This document shows, piece after piece, positions 52,613-62,379 of a stretch of DNA of 64,000 nucleotides. Below the pieces are notes generated by a model. The model searched no databases. It saw only the letters and a program-made list of their open reading frames with translations, and was not told the origin of the DNA. This DNA is from a virus. Position 1 is the stretch's first letter; every line of letters begins with the position of its first letter. The position numbers and the translations under genes are program-made. The stretch covers positions 3,487 through 67,486 of IMG/VR virus record IMGVR_UViG_3300021963_000115. One strand, written 5' to 3'.

Positions 52613-55460
52613 CGCTAGGTGACGGTGGTGTATCTTCCGGATCAAGCACTGTTGCTTTTGCGCAATCAATTACCAATGCACTGACAGATGGTGTGGTCAT
52701 ATCAGAGCCACGGGACATGGCTTTCTTAACGACACCCAGTGATGCGCCCATCTTATTCAAGTCATCGACCAGTGACTTGTATGAAACTTGATTGTCGCTA
52801 CACCAGTCACGCAGTATCTTGACTGTGATGAACAAATGTTTGGTGTCCGGCTCGTACCGAGTGATCAACTCTCCACGGGGTTCACGCACTGGCGCTTCGA
52901 ACAGCCCCGACCGTTTATCAGCCGTGCTTTTTACAATCAACATATTGTTGTTGTGTTTGTTCAAAAATAATCCAAGGTGTGCCATCGGACCTGATGCCCC
53001 GGGGCGTACTTCAACTCTCATCCTACCAATTGTTTCCACAGCCCACTTATACACGGCTGCCACATCAATGTTGTGAAGTCCTAACTTCTTAGTGATCAAA
53101 CCGGAAGTGATGGCACATGCCGCCTTCGCAGACCAAAAGCGCTCACGCTGAGTAAGCCCTGCCGCCTTATCAAACTTGCGTTGGATTTTCTCCAACATCT
53201 TCTTAACTTCAGGCAGATTGGTAATGACATAACGGATAAACACTTCACCCGCCACACCATAGTTGTCATACATGGCGTTGAAAGCCGCGTCTGACTCAGC
53301 CTTCGTCATGTTATCGGTCTTAGAGATTGTGAACTCCAAGATACGCATCAGCTCACCTTCAGGAAAGTCCTTCAGGTTAAACAGTTGATCGTACAAGCTC
53401 TTGTTGCCTGATGTAATCGCTATCAAAGCCCAGCGCAGTGTATTGCTACGCTCTGCGTTAACTTGTGACTGCATGCGGTTACGCCCACGACCATGTGTAA
53501 TGCTGTACGCCATGTTGCTAACTTCTTCGTCAGCCATGTTGGTTAGTTCGTCAATCGTAGCGGGTAAGTTACCAAGGATAGAGACACGGTGCATACGGGC
53601 AAGGTACTTGTCCTCCTGATTCATCAAGGTCTCAATCGGGCGACCCCAAATACTATTGACCATGTGCTGAACCGTGGTCTTGCCCACACCCGAGCCGTTG
53701 TTGGTCAGGTGAATGATGCCGCCACTCAAGTTAGTGAACTTGAACAATGCAGAGCCAAACCCTGCGAACAGAATGAACGCACGGTCTTCATTACCCGCAC
53801 GGGCGTAGTTGTTAGCCAACTTAGCCCACTCATGGATCGTACCCTTCTTAGAGTACATAGCCGCCAACTCAGCCGTAGCGGATGACGAGGGACTGTAATT
53901 GACCCCTGCCGCAGTAATCTCACGATTGCCTACGACGAACGTGGTGTCGTTGTCACACCAACCAAATTGTTGCCGCGCCTTCTCAGCCTCAGACAACTGT
54001 TGCAACTCATTAACCCATCGGGTGATATACGCCATAAGTCCATCCAATCTTTTGTTATACGCAGTGACGCCTTGGTACGCCAAGACTTCACGAAACTTGT
54101 CCTTCGACAGCACACTTGCCAGTGGGCATGAGAACTCGCGTATCCCATCCTTGGGCATGTGCAGTCGCATCCATAGAGATTCACCCGCATCGGGGTCAGT
54201 CAGTCGTTTGACGACATACAAGTCGTACTCATAGACGAGAGTGTCGCGCTCATCATCGTCTTCTTCGTCTTTCTTCTTGGCTTTCTCAGATGGGATACCA
54301 CGCTTGTAGACACCCCCATTCTTGCCTCGGAAGTACGGGAACGGATACTCCGGAATCTCAACTGTAATTTCTTCTTCTAACGTAGCGCTGTGCATGACAA
54401 CAATGTTGTCCTCTGCTTTTGCTTCCGCAATCTGTGCGCCAATTTGAATTGGTGAAGTGATCTTGCCCTTGTTCGGGCAATCTACACACCCGTCGGGATT
54501 TAGACCCGCAAACGTGGCGCATTTGTAAGGTTTTGTAAGTAGGGTGTTGGCTTTGTCTCTCGTCTCTTTTGGGTCATATTCAGGATGACCGTGCGAGATC
54601 TTGTGGATTGCCAACTCACCATCTTCACAATTAACTGCGATTGAAAGTCCTGCTCGCCATAACGGTTCTTCGGTGTTCTCTTGGTCGCGGTAGATTGAGA
54701 TTAGTTGTGCGCACCCCTTGCCTTGTGCGCTTTTGCGCATGATCGTGCCAAATCTTGACACGCTGTTACCCATCAAAGCGCGGGTGGTTGCATCCATTGG
54801 CTGTTTACGCACGGGGGCGGCAAACGGCAGGTCATCAGCCTCATCATCTGTTGTAATGCCTACGATGGCTTGAAATCGCTTGAAGTCAACGGGTTGTGAA
54901 GTTACCAACACACCGACTTGCTTGGGTGGTGAGTCTTTAAAGTTTAATGTCTCCGGTATTCGGAGGATACGGGCCGCGTCTGCTGTAACTGCGGGATCTG
55001 CATACAAGTTGTAGGATGCACAGAACTTCTTAAACGCTTCAGCGGTTGGCTTCCAGTCGTTGTAGAAGATTGTTTCCGTAAGTGTCCAGTATGCGTGTAC
55101 ACCACGTCCTGAATTTACAAGTGTTGGTTTTGGAAGACCAGTGGTCTGTACAAACTCTTTGAGTGCATTTATTGCTTGTGCTTGTGTTTCATAAGGCTTG
55201 TTATCACCGCAATCAAGGTCGAGCCAAAATGCTCTGAACCATTTAGCGTTCTGTGCTGTCCGCCCTTCAGAGGCGTTCAAATACTTTGCACATCCGAAAT
55301 ACGCATCGTATCCCTGTGAAAGTAACCCTTCTACTACACCGTCAATTTCTTCTAATGTCTCTACAAAAGTCTGTCTAGGCGCACCCTTCTTCAATCCCAC
55401 CACACAGTACATGCCATCAGAGGCAAGCACCGATGAGAGAAAGGGAATCCTTGAGGTCAT
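52599..55460 (-). CDS. primase-helicase (RepB-like primase + DUF927/SF3-like ATPase)
   Basis: WLDLD, SGRGVHAYW, RILRIP; Cys cluster; GSGVGKTT Walker A, IDE Walker B. Confidence 0.85.
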   Translation of the reverse strand: MTSRIPFLSSVLASDGMYCVVGLKKGAPRQTFVETLEEIDGVVEGLLSQGYDAYFGCAKYLNASEGRTAQNAKWFRAFWLDLDCGDNKPYETQAQAINALKEFVQTTGLPKPTLVNSGRGVHAYWTLTETIFYNDWKPTAEAFKKFCASYNLYADPAVTADAARILRIPETLNFKDSPPKQVGVLVTSQPVDFKRFQAIVGITTDDEADDLPFAAPVRKQPMDATTRALMGNSVSRFGTIMRKSAQGKGCAQLISIYRDQENTEEPLWRAGLSIAVNCEDGELAIHKISHGHPEYDPKETRDKANTLLTKPYKCATFAGLNPDGCVDCPNKGKITSPIQIGAQIAEAKAEDNIVVMHSATLEEEITVEIPEYPFPYFRGKNGGVYKRGIPSEKAKKKDEEDDDERDTLVYEYDLYVVKRLTDPDAGESLWMRLHMPKDGIREFSCPLASVLSKDKFREVLAYQGVTAYNKRLDGLMAYITRWVNELQQLSEAEKARQQFGWCDNDTTFVVGNREITAAGVNYSPSSSATAELAAMYSKKGTIHEWAKLANNYARAGNEDRAFILFAGFGSALFKFTNLSGGIIHLTNNGSGVGKTTVQHMVNSIWGRPIETLMNQEDKYLARMHRVSILGNLPATIDELTNMADEEVSNMAYSITHGRGRNRMQSQVNAERSNTLRWALIAITSGNKSLYDQLFNLKDFPEGELMRILEFTISKTDNMTKAESDAAFNAMYDNYGVAGEVFIRYVITNLPEVKKMLEKIQRKFDKAAGLTQRERFWSAKAACAITSGLITKKLGLHNIDVAAVYKWAVETIGRMRVEVRPGASGPMAHLGLFLNKHNNNMLIVKSTADKRSGLFEAPVREPRGELITRYEPDTKHLFITVKILRDWCSDNQVSYKSLVDDLNKMGASLGVVKKAMSRGSDMTTPSVSALVIDCAKATVLDPEDTPPSPSDDIE

Positions 55461-55507
55461 TGTTCGCTCTTAAAAATACCGTTAACCTACTGGCGATAGG
55501 TTAACGA

Positions 55508-55765
55508 TCAGATTGATGATTGGTTGCTTTTTGCTCTGAGTGTCTTGATGACGTTGGCAATCGTTTCTCGCATTTTGGGGTGGGGCATAGTCTTGCCCAA
55601 GAACCACATGTATGCCGCTTGCCTTGATACACCAATATATTCAGCCACATCCTGCACGGGAATGTCGCGTTCAATACATAAGCGCCCAAGTTGCACTCCA
55701 ATATGTTTGGAGTCTGCTTTCCTGTTTGCCTGTACGAACTTACGTGAATAGCCTGTATTGTTCAT
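55508..55765 (-). CDS. Cro/CI-type HTH DNA-binding protein
   Basis: VQDVAEYIGVSRQAAYMWF.G...P. Confidence 0.8.
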   Translation of the reverse strand: MNNTGYSRKFVQANRKADSKHIGVQLGRLCIERDIPVQDVAEYIGVSRQAAYMWFLGKTMPHPKMRETIANVIKTLRAKSNQSSI

Positions 55766-55774
55766 AGTAGGGGT

Positions 55775-55823
55775 GGGGGTACTCACCGTTCGTCCGCAAG
55801 CAAAGTTGCACGACTTTCCCCCC
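55775..55823 (-). ncRNA. candidate cis-regulatory hairpin with loop-E (GAA/AGUA) motif
   Basis: GGGGG-GAAA...AGTA-CCCCC closing stem with inner GTCGT/ACGGT and GCAA/TTGC helices. Confidence 0.45.
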
Positions 55824-55829
55824 GATTCA

Positions 55830-56705
55830 TTACTCAGCCCAGTCGTCTAAGATCGCGTCAACATCTTTCGGTGCGGCTTTCTTAGGGCGCTTAACTGGCT
55901 CAACTTCAGGCGCTTCTTGAGCTTCAACCTTTGGTGCGGCTTTGGGGGCAGGGGCTTCAATGGCTTTCGCTTTCACACCATCGGCCTGCGCAACGGTAGA
56001 GGCGATAGCAGTCTTGGCATCTGCAGACTGACCCTTCTCTTGGCATGTTGCCATCTCATCTTCTTCCAATGGGCGTACCGCCTTGAAAGTCAGCTTGGGT
56101 GTAGCACTTGATGTATCAAAGCGCATCTCAGTCACAACTGCGGTGACGGGCAGACCATGACCACCCAAGAACTTAGCATAAGCCTGCAAAGGCATTTTGC
56201 CACTCTCGGCATTACCAAAGATTGACTGCGCGGGAAGCGTCAACTGATACACATCTCCTTGGAGGTCGTTCTCAAGGGTAACTGCCAGTCTTTGACTGTA
56301 ACGGCAAGCACGTCCATTGCCCTGTCCTGAACCTGCGATGTTCTGTGGGCAGTTAGCGCACTTGGATGCTTGTGGCTCATCAACCTTAGTATCAGGGGTG
56401 ATACCATCGTTTGACCAACATGTTGGGGCAACATTCTTGCCTTCTTCATAAGTACCTTCATAAAAGCTACGTGATACGTGCGGGTTAGCCGCAACGATCA
56501 CAATGTTCATTGCACGATCTTCATTCTGTGCAATTTCTTTACCGTCAACGAGCATACGGAACACATTGCCGCGGATCGAGATTCGCTTGCCTGTGGAACT
56601 TCCAGTAGAACCCATTAGGGCTTTGGTGGTTGCATCCAGTTCAAGGTTGCGTAAGTGTGCGGGAAGATTATTACCGCCTTTTGAAAAGAGTGTCATTGCA
56701 GTCAT
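55830..56705 (-). CDS. ssDNA-binding / annealing-like protein
   Basis: P.CWS.DG..P, C..CP.NI.GSG....RAC; acidic/aromatic C-terminal tail (DDWAE). Confidence 0.65.
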   Translation of the reverse strand: MTAMTLFSKGGNNLPAHLRNLELDATTKALMGSTGSSTGKRISIRGNVFRMLVDGKEIAQNEDRAMNIVIVAANPHVSRSFYEGTYEEGKNVAPTCWSNDGITPDTKVDEPQASKCANCPQNIAGSGQGNGRACRYSQRLAVTLENDLQGDVYQLTLPAQSIFGNAESGKMPLQAYAKFLGGHGLPVTAVVTEMRFDTSSATPKLTFKAVRPLEEDEMATCQEKGQSADAKTAIASTVAQADGVKAKAIEAPAPKAAPKVEAQEAPEVEPVKRPKKAAPKDVDAILDDWAE

Positions 56706-56720
56706 TTAGTTTCTCCTGAG

Positions 56721-56954
56721 TTAAAGGGCGATCCATTCGCCATTGTGATCCACGTACTGTGTATCGAGATTACCGTCACACCATGTAATGATGTGTCCGA
56801 TAGATGGGACTTGTTCTACAAAGAACTTGATAGTCCTTGCCATGTCAGTGCAATTGCCCGCAGGCATGTGAACGTGACCAACATTCTTTAATAGGTCATA
56901 GGTTACGTTTGTAACCTCACACCCAAAGTAGTGGTGATCAATTGCGCTACTCAT
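56721..56954 (-). CDS. hypothetical protein
   Basis: AGGAG SD, coupled ORF. Confidence 0.6.
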   Translation of the reverse strand: MSSAIDHHYFGCEVTNVTYDLLKNVGHVHMPAGNCTDMARTIKFFVEQVPSIGHIITWCDGNLDTQYVDHNGEWIAL

Positions 56955-57127
56955 TTAGTATCTCCTGATGTGTTTGTGATGGTTTCGAGGTCTGAGCGTT
57001 TTACACGCACCTTGTTGCCTACTTTGAAATGTGGAATCTTATTCGCACGGATTAGCGTATAGACCGTTTGTCGAGAGACGCGCAAATACTTTGCAACTTC
57101 TTCAACGGTCAGAGTTTCAACTTCCAT
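56951..57127 (-). CDS. excisionase-family (HTH_17) DNA-binding protein, 58 aa
   Basis: MEVETLTVEEVAKYLRVSRQTVYTLIRANKIPHFKVGNKVRVKRSDL; AGGAGG SD; absent from the ORF track. Confidence 0.85.
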   Translation of the reverse strand: MEVETLTVEEVAKYLRVSRQTVYTLIRANKIPHFKVGNKVRVKRSDLETITNTSGDTK

Positions 57128-57524
57128 TTGAAGTCCTCCTGATGGTTACGGAATATTTAGAATCGACATTCAGACCCATGGGCATCATGTCGGGGTTTTC
57201 GTCAAGCAACTGTCTCATCGTAGTCTGACTGATGCGCTTCTCTAAGAGTTCAGGCATCTTGTGTTCCATGATGAAGCCGTGCATGGCTTGCCAATCACTT
57301 GTCCAGTAGCGGGTTTTAACACCACGCATGACTGTGCCGTGTTGGGTTTTAAGGCTATCAGCGCCAACGGATTTACAAAGGTCAAGCAGTTTGCCTTCCA
57401 ATGTTTCCATCTGTTCTTTGATAACCCCGTCCTGTTCTTCGTACTCACGTAGAAGTTCAGCACGTTTGTCGCGCATCTTGATGTATGCGGCGACAAGTCT
57501 ATCAGCCGAAATTGATTCGGTCAT
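57117..57524 (-). CDS. coiled-coil replication-region protein
   Basis: YIK.RD, T..GT, SDW, LLEKR. Confidence 0.75.
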   Translation of the reverse strand: MTESISADRLVAAYIKMRDKRAELLREYEEQDGVIKEQMETLEGKLLDLCKSVGADSLKTQHGTVMRGVKTRYWTSDWQAMHGFIMEHKMPELLEKRISQTTMRQLLDENPDMMPMGLNVDSKYSVTIRRTSNGS

Positions 57525-57550
57525 ATCTCTCTCCTTCTCTTTATGATTAA

Positions 57551-57578
57551 ATGATACACCTAAAATTTACATTGTCAA
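57551..57578 (-). promoter_or_regulatory. sigma70-like promoter
   Basis: TTGACA-16 nt-TATCAT in the intergenic gap. Confidence 0.55.
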
Positions 57579-57584
57579 GAATTT

Positions 57585-59132
57585 TTATCTCAGTAGTTCC
57601 CCGTATAACTGGATAATTTTGTGGTGTATATCAACCTTGCTGTTGAGCATGGTGTACATACGTCTCTCGACTCCACTACCTTGCAAATGCACCACGGTCG
57701 TAGGGTTCTTCTGCCCTGCTCTATGCACCCGTGCGTTACATTGCAAATACGTTTCCACGGACATGACTGGACTCCAATACACAATTGTGTTTGCGGCATG
57801 GAGCGTGACACCGTGTGATGCGGCTTGCGGTTGGATGACCAACACTTGCAAATCGTTTTTAGTTTGGAAGCGTTCAAAGATTTCTGAACGCTTTGCGGCA
57901 GGGACAGCACCGTTAATGATTGCGGTTGCGTACCCATGCTTCTTTAAATCTTCAGCAACAAGTTCAATAGCGTGTCGATAGGGGACAAACACCAGAACTT
58001 TGTGACTTGACTCCTCTACAACTTCTCGTAGGACAGCTAACCGATTGCTTGCATCAAAGTGAATCACCTCGCCTGTATCGGAATACACCGCGCCACCTGA
58101 TAGTTGTAGTAGCTTATTCAGATTAGCCGCGGCATTAACTGTTGTGATCTCCTCACCAGCGGCTTGTACGATCAACTGTTTACGTAGCAACTCGTAGTAC
58201 TTTGTTTGTTGTGCAGTAAGCGGGACGTCTCGCGTAACATAAGTCATCTCAGGCAGATCAAGGCATTGCTCTTTCGTAAATCGTATCGCGGGTTGCAAGG
58301 CTTTATGCACCACGTTATCCGCATCGGGTTTTGGCACCCACTTAAACTGCGTGACCTTGTTCATAACTTGATCTCTAAACCCACCAAAGAACCTTGGCAC
58401 TCCATCGGGGTTTACAAGTTTGGCGATGCCGTATGCGTCTGTCGGTGATTGGGACGCAGGTGTGCCTGTGAGCATCCACAACCATGTGTCCGGTGTCATT
58501 AGTTTACTCAACACCTTCCAACGTCTTGTCTGTGGATTTTTATACGCGTTAGCCTCGTCAATCACGATAAGATCAAAACCACCCCGTGCAATGGCATCCG
58601 CTACGATTTCTACACCATCGTAATTGATCACTACAAATTCAGCGTCACCACCAATGATCTCCTTGCGCTTCTCAGGCTTGCCGTAAGCAACATCCACCTT
58701 ACGGTGCATGGCAAACTTAAACAAATCATTGCGCCATGCCGAGTCCATGATGGACAAGGGGCAAATTACAAGCACACGCTTGATGCGTTTAAGCGTCATC
58801 AGATAGTCTGCCGCCCAAATGACTGACGCAGTTTTTCCTGTGCCTTGTTCATTGAAACAAAACGCACGTCTGTGTAGCGTTAAGAACGAGGAAGTTTCTC
58901 GTTGGTGGTCGAACGGTTTAAACAATCCTGGCCACTTGTACGTAGCGTTTATCGGTGAAGGTATTGGTATGCGTAAGTTCTTCAGAACAATCGCTTCCTC
59001 AAGTCCCCAATTCACCAAAACTTCTGCGTGGCTGTTGTACTCAGTTATTACTTTACTCTTTGGGATCACAGTTGTGATGCGATCCGGATTGCGTACCTTG
59101 AGCAATACTGCTCTGTTATCTATGATCTCCAT
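57585..59132 (-). CDS. SNF2-family DEAD-like helicase
   Basis: QGTGKT, ICPLS, IDEA, LTGTP, HGVTL, Q.NARVHRAGQ; GGAG SD before 59132. Confidence 0.9.
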   Translation of the reverse strand: MEIIDNRAVLLKVRNPDRITTVIPKSKVITEYNSHAEVLVNWGLEEAIVLKNLRIPIPSPINATYKWPGLFKPFDHQRETSSFLTLHRRAFCFNEQGTGKTASVIWAADYLMTLKRIKRVLVICPLSIMDSAWRNDLFKFAMHRKVDVAYGKPEKRKEIIGGDAEFVVINYDGVEIVADAIARGGFDLIVIDEANAYKNPQTRRWKVLSKLMTPDTWLWMLTGTPASQSPTDAYGIAKLVNPDGVPRFFGGFRDQVMNKVTQFKWVPKPDADNVVHKALQPAIRFTKEQCLDLPEMTYVTRDVPLTAQQTKYYELLRKQLIVQAAGEEITTVNAAANLNKLLQLSGGAVYSDTGEVIHFDASNRLAVLREVVEESSHKVLVFVPYRHAIELVAEDLKKHGYATAIINGAVPAAKRSEIFERFQTKNDLQVLVIQPQAASHGVTLHAANTIVYWSPVMSVETYLQCNARVHRAGQKNPTTVVHLQGSGVERRMYTMLNSKVDIHHKIIQLYGELLR

Positions 59133-59153
59133 GCCATCTCCAATAGCGTTGCA

Positions 59154-59293
59154 CTTCAAACACGGTGTTTGAAGGAAAATCCCCGTCTTTCCGAGGTGTC
59201 CGTCAGTTCCCAACTGAAAGGAGCGCTGTGCTGACTGGTGTAGTTATTCCATGAAAAAGGAAAAAATTCCTCGGTCTCGCTATCACTTACACC
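59154..59293 (-). ncRNA. candidate structured leader of the helicase gene
   Basis: three hairpins plus alternative long-range pairings in a 200-nt gap. Confidence 0.4.
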
Positions 59294-59336
59294 TTACTTC
59301 GCTAGACCCAATTTTAGTAATTCACCAAGGGGCAAC

Positions 59337-59597
59337 TTACATCATCGACTTGTCAGACTTACGCCTGAACGAGCGATTCTTTGAGGGGGCTTGCAACTTA
59401 TAACCGTCTGCATTACTACCACCCTTTGATAAGGCTTTGACGTGGGCAACATCTTTACCCGTACGGTCAACGCCTTTCTTGTCTAATGCTCTCCTAGCAC
59501 GTTGTCGCTCCATGCGAGCTTCATGCGCACCGGGTCGCTTCTTCTCTAATTCCCATTCGTGTTTAGCGTCACGATCCGCTTTATTTTTGTACGGCAT
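59337..59597 (-). CDS. small HNH-like basic protein
   Basis: R..ARR...GKDV.H..ALSKGG.N......S.NRS. Confidence 0.65.
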   Translation of the reverse strand: MPYKNKADRDAKHEWELEKKRPGAHEARMERQRARRALDKKGVDRTGKDVAHVKALSKGGSNADGYKLQAPSKNRSFRRKSDKSMM

Positions 59598-60284
59598 TTA
59601 TCCGTTCCTTCCATTGTGTGAACAATCTAGCACAGGACACCATCCCTTGCAAGTGAAATTTTGTTTAGGGTTAAACACTCCAGTTTCGTACGCAGTTTCA
59701 CGCGAAACCAATGAACCGTCCAACTCCGAAAAGACATTGAGGCCCGTAGATGCGTGGTACTCAGACCGTACAAAATCTTTACATACAACAAACAACAGAC
59801 CAGCCTTTACGCGTTCTATTTCAGGGAAATGCAGGAACACGCAGGCAGACATGAGTGCCAACTGTTTGGGGTCAGCGTACTTACTGCTCTTGCCCGTCTT
59901 GTAGTCAATAACACGGGCTTCTTTCTTTTCATGGTCGATGATGAGCAAGTCTGCAACACCCCGATACCAAACTTCTTTGTCAAAGAATCCGCAAGGGGCA
60001 AGGCGTCCATCGACCTTCTTGATGCCCATCTTGTGTTCGCACAGCTTCTCGCCTTTGATGTTTGCCAACTTGTCCAACATGGACTGCATGTAGCCGTACT
60101 TGGCAGGAATCGGTGTACCGTCTTTGATGTAGTCCTCAGCCGCTTGGTGGACTGCCGTACCGTACAGCATGGCTTCGCTCTCGGGTTCTTTAATGTCCTT
60201 GACCACTCGCAAGTGGTAATACTTCTTAGGACACTGATCGAACAGCGTGATACTTGAGTAACTCCATGCAGGCACTTTGACCAT
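59598..60284 (-). CDS. PD-(D/E)XK exonuclease (RecB/Cas4-like)
   Basis: WSYS...F.QCP, GT.VH, RG.AD, IDYKTG, QL, C.WC...C. Confidence 0.85.
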   Translation of the reverse strand: MVKVPAWSYSSITLFDQCPKKYYHLRVVKDIKEPESEAMLYGTAVHQAAEDYIKDGTPIPAKYGYMQSMLDKLANIKGEKLCEHKMGIKKVDGRLAPCGFFDKEVWYRGVADLLIIDHEKKEARVIDYKTGKSSKYADPKQLALMSACVFLHFPEIERVKAGLLFVVCKDFVRSEYHASTGLNVFSELDGSLVSRETAYETGVFNPKQNFTCKGWCPVLDCSHNGRNG

Positions 60285-62101
60285 TAACAATCTCCGTATG
60301 AGGCTCCGAACCCTGATTCACAATTCAGCGGGATACCTTCTGCCCACTCCGGTACGAATCGCATACATTCTTCGACGTATGCAACAGCTTCAGCGGCTTG
60401 CTCGATTGGAGCTACACACGCCACAGCATCGTGTACAGTGAGTACAACACGGTATCTCTTCGCAATCTTCAGCATCTGCTCACCAATGATGCAACGTGCC
60501 AAGCCCTGACAAATGTTCTCTGTCAACTTACCACCGTACAACTTCACTGAGCCTCTGCGTGAATCGTAAATATACTGCTCTTTTCCGTCTTTGTCTTTAA
60601 ATTTTTTCAGGTTTGGGTATCTTTGATACATACCGTTTGGCATCAGGATACCGTCCTTGTTGACGGTCACAGCGCCGTTGCCCCACTTGACAGTACGCCC
60701 CTTGGACAGCGCTTCGATTGCTCTGTTGCCGTTTTGCCACAAGGTTGGAATCCACGGGTACGTTTCACGGTATACATCTATGATGCGCTTGGCTTCTGCA
60801 AGTGGTGTCTCAACACCAAAGGTCTTGAGTTGGGTTTGAAACTTGTCCGCCCCCATGCCGTAGCCCGCGCCCAAGATCGTAGTCTTGCCAACAAAACGTT
60901 CGCCCTTCTCAATCTCATCGACCTCCTTGTTGTATATAGCAGATGCCATGATTTTGTATACGTCCTTGCCATCTCTAAACGCCTCCACCAAATCTGTTTG
61001 TCCTGCAAACCAAGCCAACACACGGGCTTCAATCTGCGCTGAGTCACAGTCAATGATCACATGCCCTTCGGGAGCAAGGATTGACCGCTTGATCTTGCCT
61101 GCGTTATCACCGCGTGAGGGCAGGTTCTGAAAGTTCAGTTTGTCTGCACCACCCCACCGTCCCGTGTGGGCGGCATAATAAGACAGGGGTACAGGTATCA
61201 GTCCTCTTGAGGCAATCCCAAGCAGGCGCTCGGTACGAGTCTCCTCAAGCGTAGTTTTGTTACCCAAACGTGCGGCAACAAGTAACTGTACGCGCTCGTC
61301 AGGATGTTCAGCCAAAGCCTTGAACCCCTCATCAGATTTAGCAAGTGCCAACGTCTCCTTGCCCGTAGTCAGACTAATCTTCATAGGCGGCTCAACGCCA
61401 AGGTCTACCAACAACTTGGCAAACTTCTGATTGGACATGAGGTTATCCAAATCTGTTGTCGTGCTGTCTATGAGGGCTTGCTTGCGCTTCTTCACATGCA
61501 CAAGATGTTGCTCCAAGACGGGTACATCCAAGCGCATGACTGGCTCTGTAAACATACGGATGGTCAGGTCGATCAACTTCAGCTCAGTTTTCTGAAACAT
61601 CGGGAGCAGAGTCAAGAACAGATCGTATGTCAGGTCAACATCATTGGCGCAGTACTTCGCATACAGTTTCATTTGATGGACGGGGAAGTCAGTACGCCTA
61701 ATGCCTAGCGCATTGATGACCTCATCCCCCTTCTCACCCAAGTTGTAGTGCTTGACCAACTTAGCCAAACTGTTACCGACCTCAGTGCCGTGTATGGCTC
61801 GCGCCATGCTCAATGTATCTGCAATAGCCTTGGGCTTGATGCCAAGAATCCAATTCAGAATAGACATATCGAACATGGCATTGTGGGCAACAACCATGCT
61901 GTTGTCCCAGTCATACCGCAACAACTGTTGACGTAACAGTTCATGCTCGCCAGAAAAGAACCGTGTCTTTTCATCGTTGACCTTGACGCCTACGCCAATG
62001 ATCTCAAACCTCGGATCACGCACGTACTCCTCTGTGGTGATCTTTGATAATGAGAAGTCCTTGTCGTAGTACGTCTCAAAGTCTATGGTGATAACATCCA
62101 T
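60284..62101 (-). CDS. DNA polymerase, family A, with 3'-5' exonuclease
   Basis: DFET, HNA.FD, YC.ND; motif A D.AQIEARVL, motif B R..GKT.ILG.GYG, motif C VHD. Confidence 0.92.
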   Translation of the reverse strand: MDVITIDFETYYDKDFSLSKITTEEYVRDPRFEIIGVGVKVNDEKTRFFSGEHELLRQQLLRYDWDNSMVVAHNAMFDMSILNWILGIKPKAIADTLSMARAIHGTEVGNSLAKLVKHYNLGEKGDEVINALGIRRTDFPVHQMKLYAKYCANDVDLTYDLFLTLLPMFQKTELKLIDLTIRMFTEPVMRLDVPVLEQHLVHVKKRKQALIDSTTTDLDNLMSNQKFAKLLVDLGVEPPMKISLTTGKETLALAKSDEGFKALAEHPDERVQLLVAARLGNKTTLEETRTERLLGIASRGLIPVPLSYYAAHTGRWGGADKLNFQNLPSRGDNAGKIKRSILAPEGHVIIDCDSAQIEARVLAWFAGQTDLVEAFRDGKDVYKIMASAIYNKEVDEIEKGERFVGKTTILGAGYGMGADKFQTQLKTFGVETPLAEAKRIIDVYRETYPWIPTLWQNGNRAIEALSKGRTVKWGNGAVTVNKDGILMPNGMYQRYPNLKKFKDKDGKEQYIYDSRRGSVKLYGGKLTENICQGLARCIIGEQMLKIAKRYRVVLTVHDAVACVAPIEQAAEAVAYVEECMRFVPEWAEGIPLNCESGFGASYGDC

Positions 62102-62379
62102 CAGAAGTTCAACCCGTAGAACGCTTCAATGTGGGCTTCAAAGTCTTTCTTATTAAAGATGCCCATCTCGCCAGTATTACGGTATCCGATACCAAACTGG
62201 TTGTCCCCTGTGTCCCATACTACGTAGTCGCCAAACACAATGCCTTTACCCATTGGTATGGTATCTACCCCGTAGCTACCACGCATCTGCCCATCATAAA
62301 ACACTTCGCCAAATATTTTTGGTGCGTCGGATGGTGTGTTATCTAATTTAGTATGTAGTAGTTCTTTGATCTTACTCAT
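62101..62379 (-). CDS. hypothetical protein
   Basis: GAGGAG SD, coupled. Confidence 0.6.
   Translation of the reverse strand: MSKIKELLHTKLDNTPSDAPKIFGEVFYDGQMRGSYGVDTIPMGKGIVFGDYVVWDTGDNQFGIGYRNTGEMGIFNKKDFEAHIEAFYGLNF

Noticed and set aside
55465-55476. CGCTCTTAAAAA, identical to lambda nutL boxA
   Set aside because: It lies on the non-transcribed strand and coincides with the primase RBS region; probably chance.
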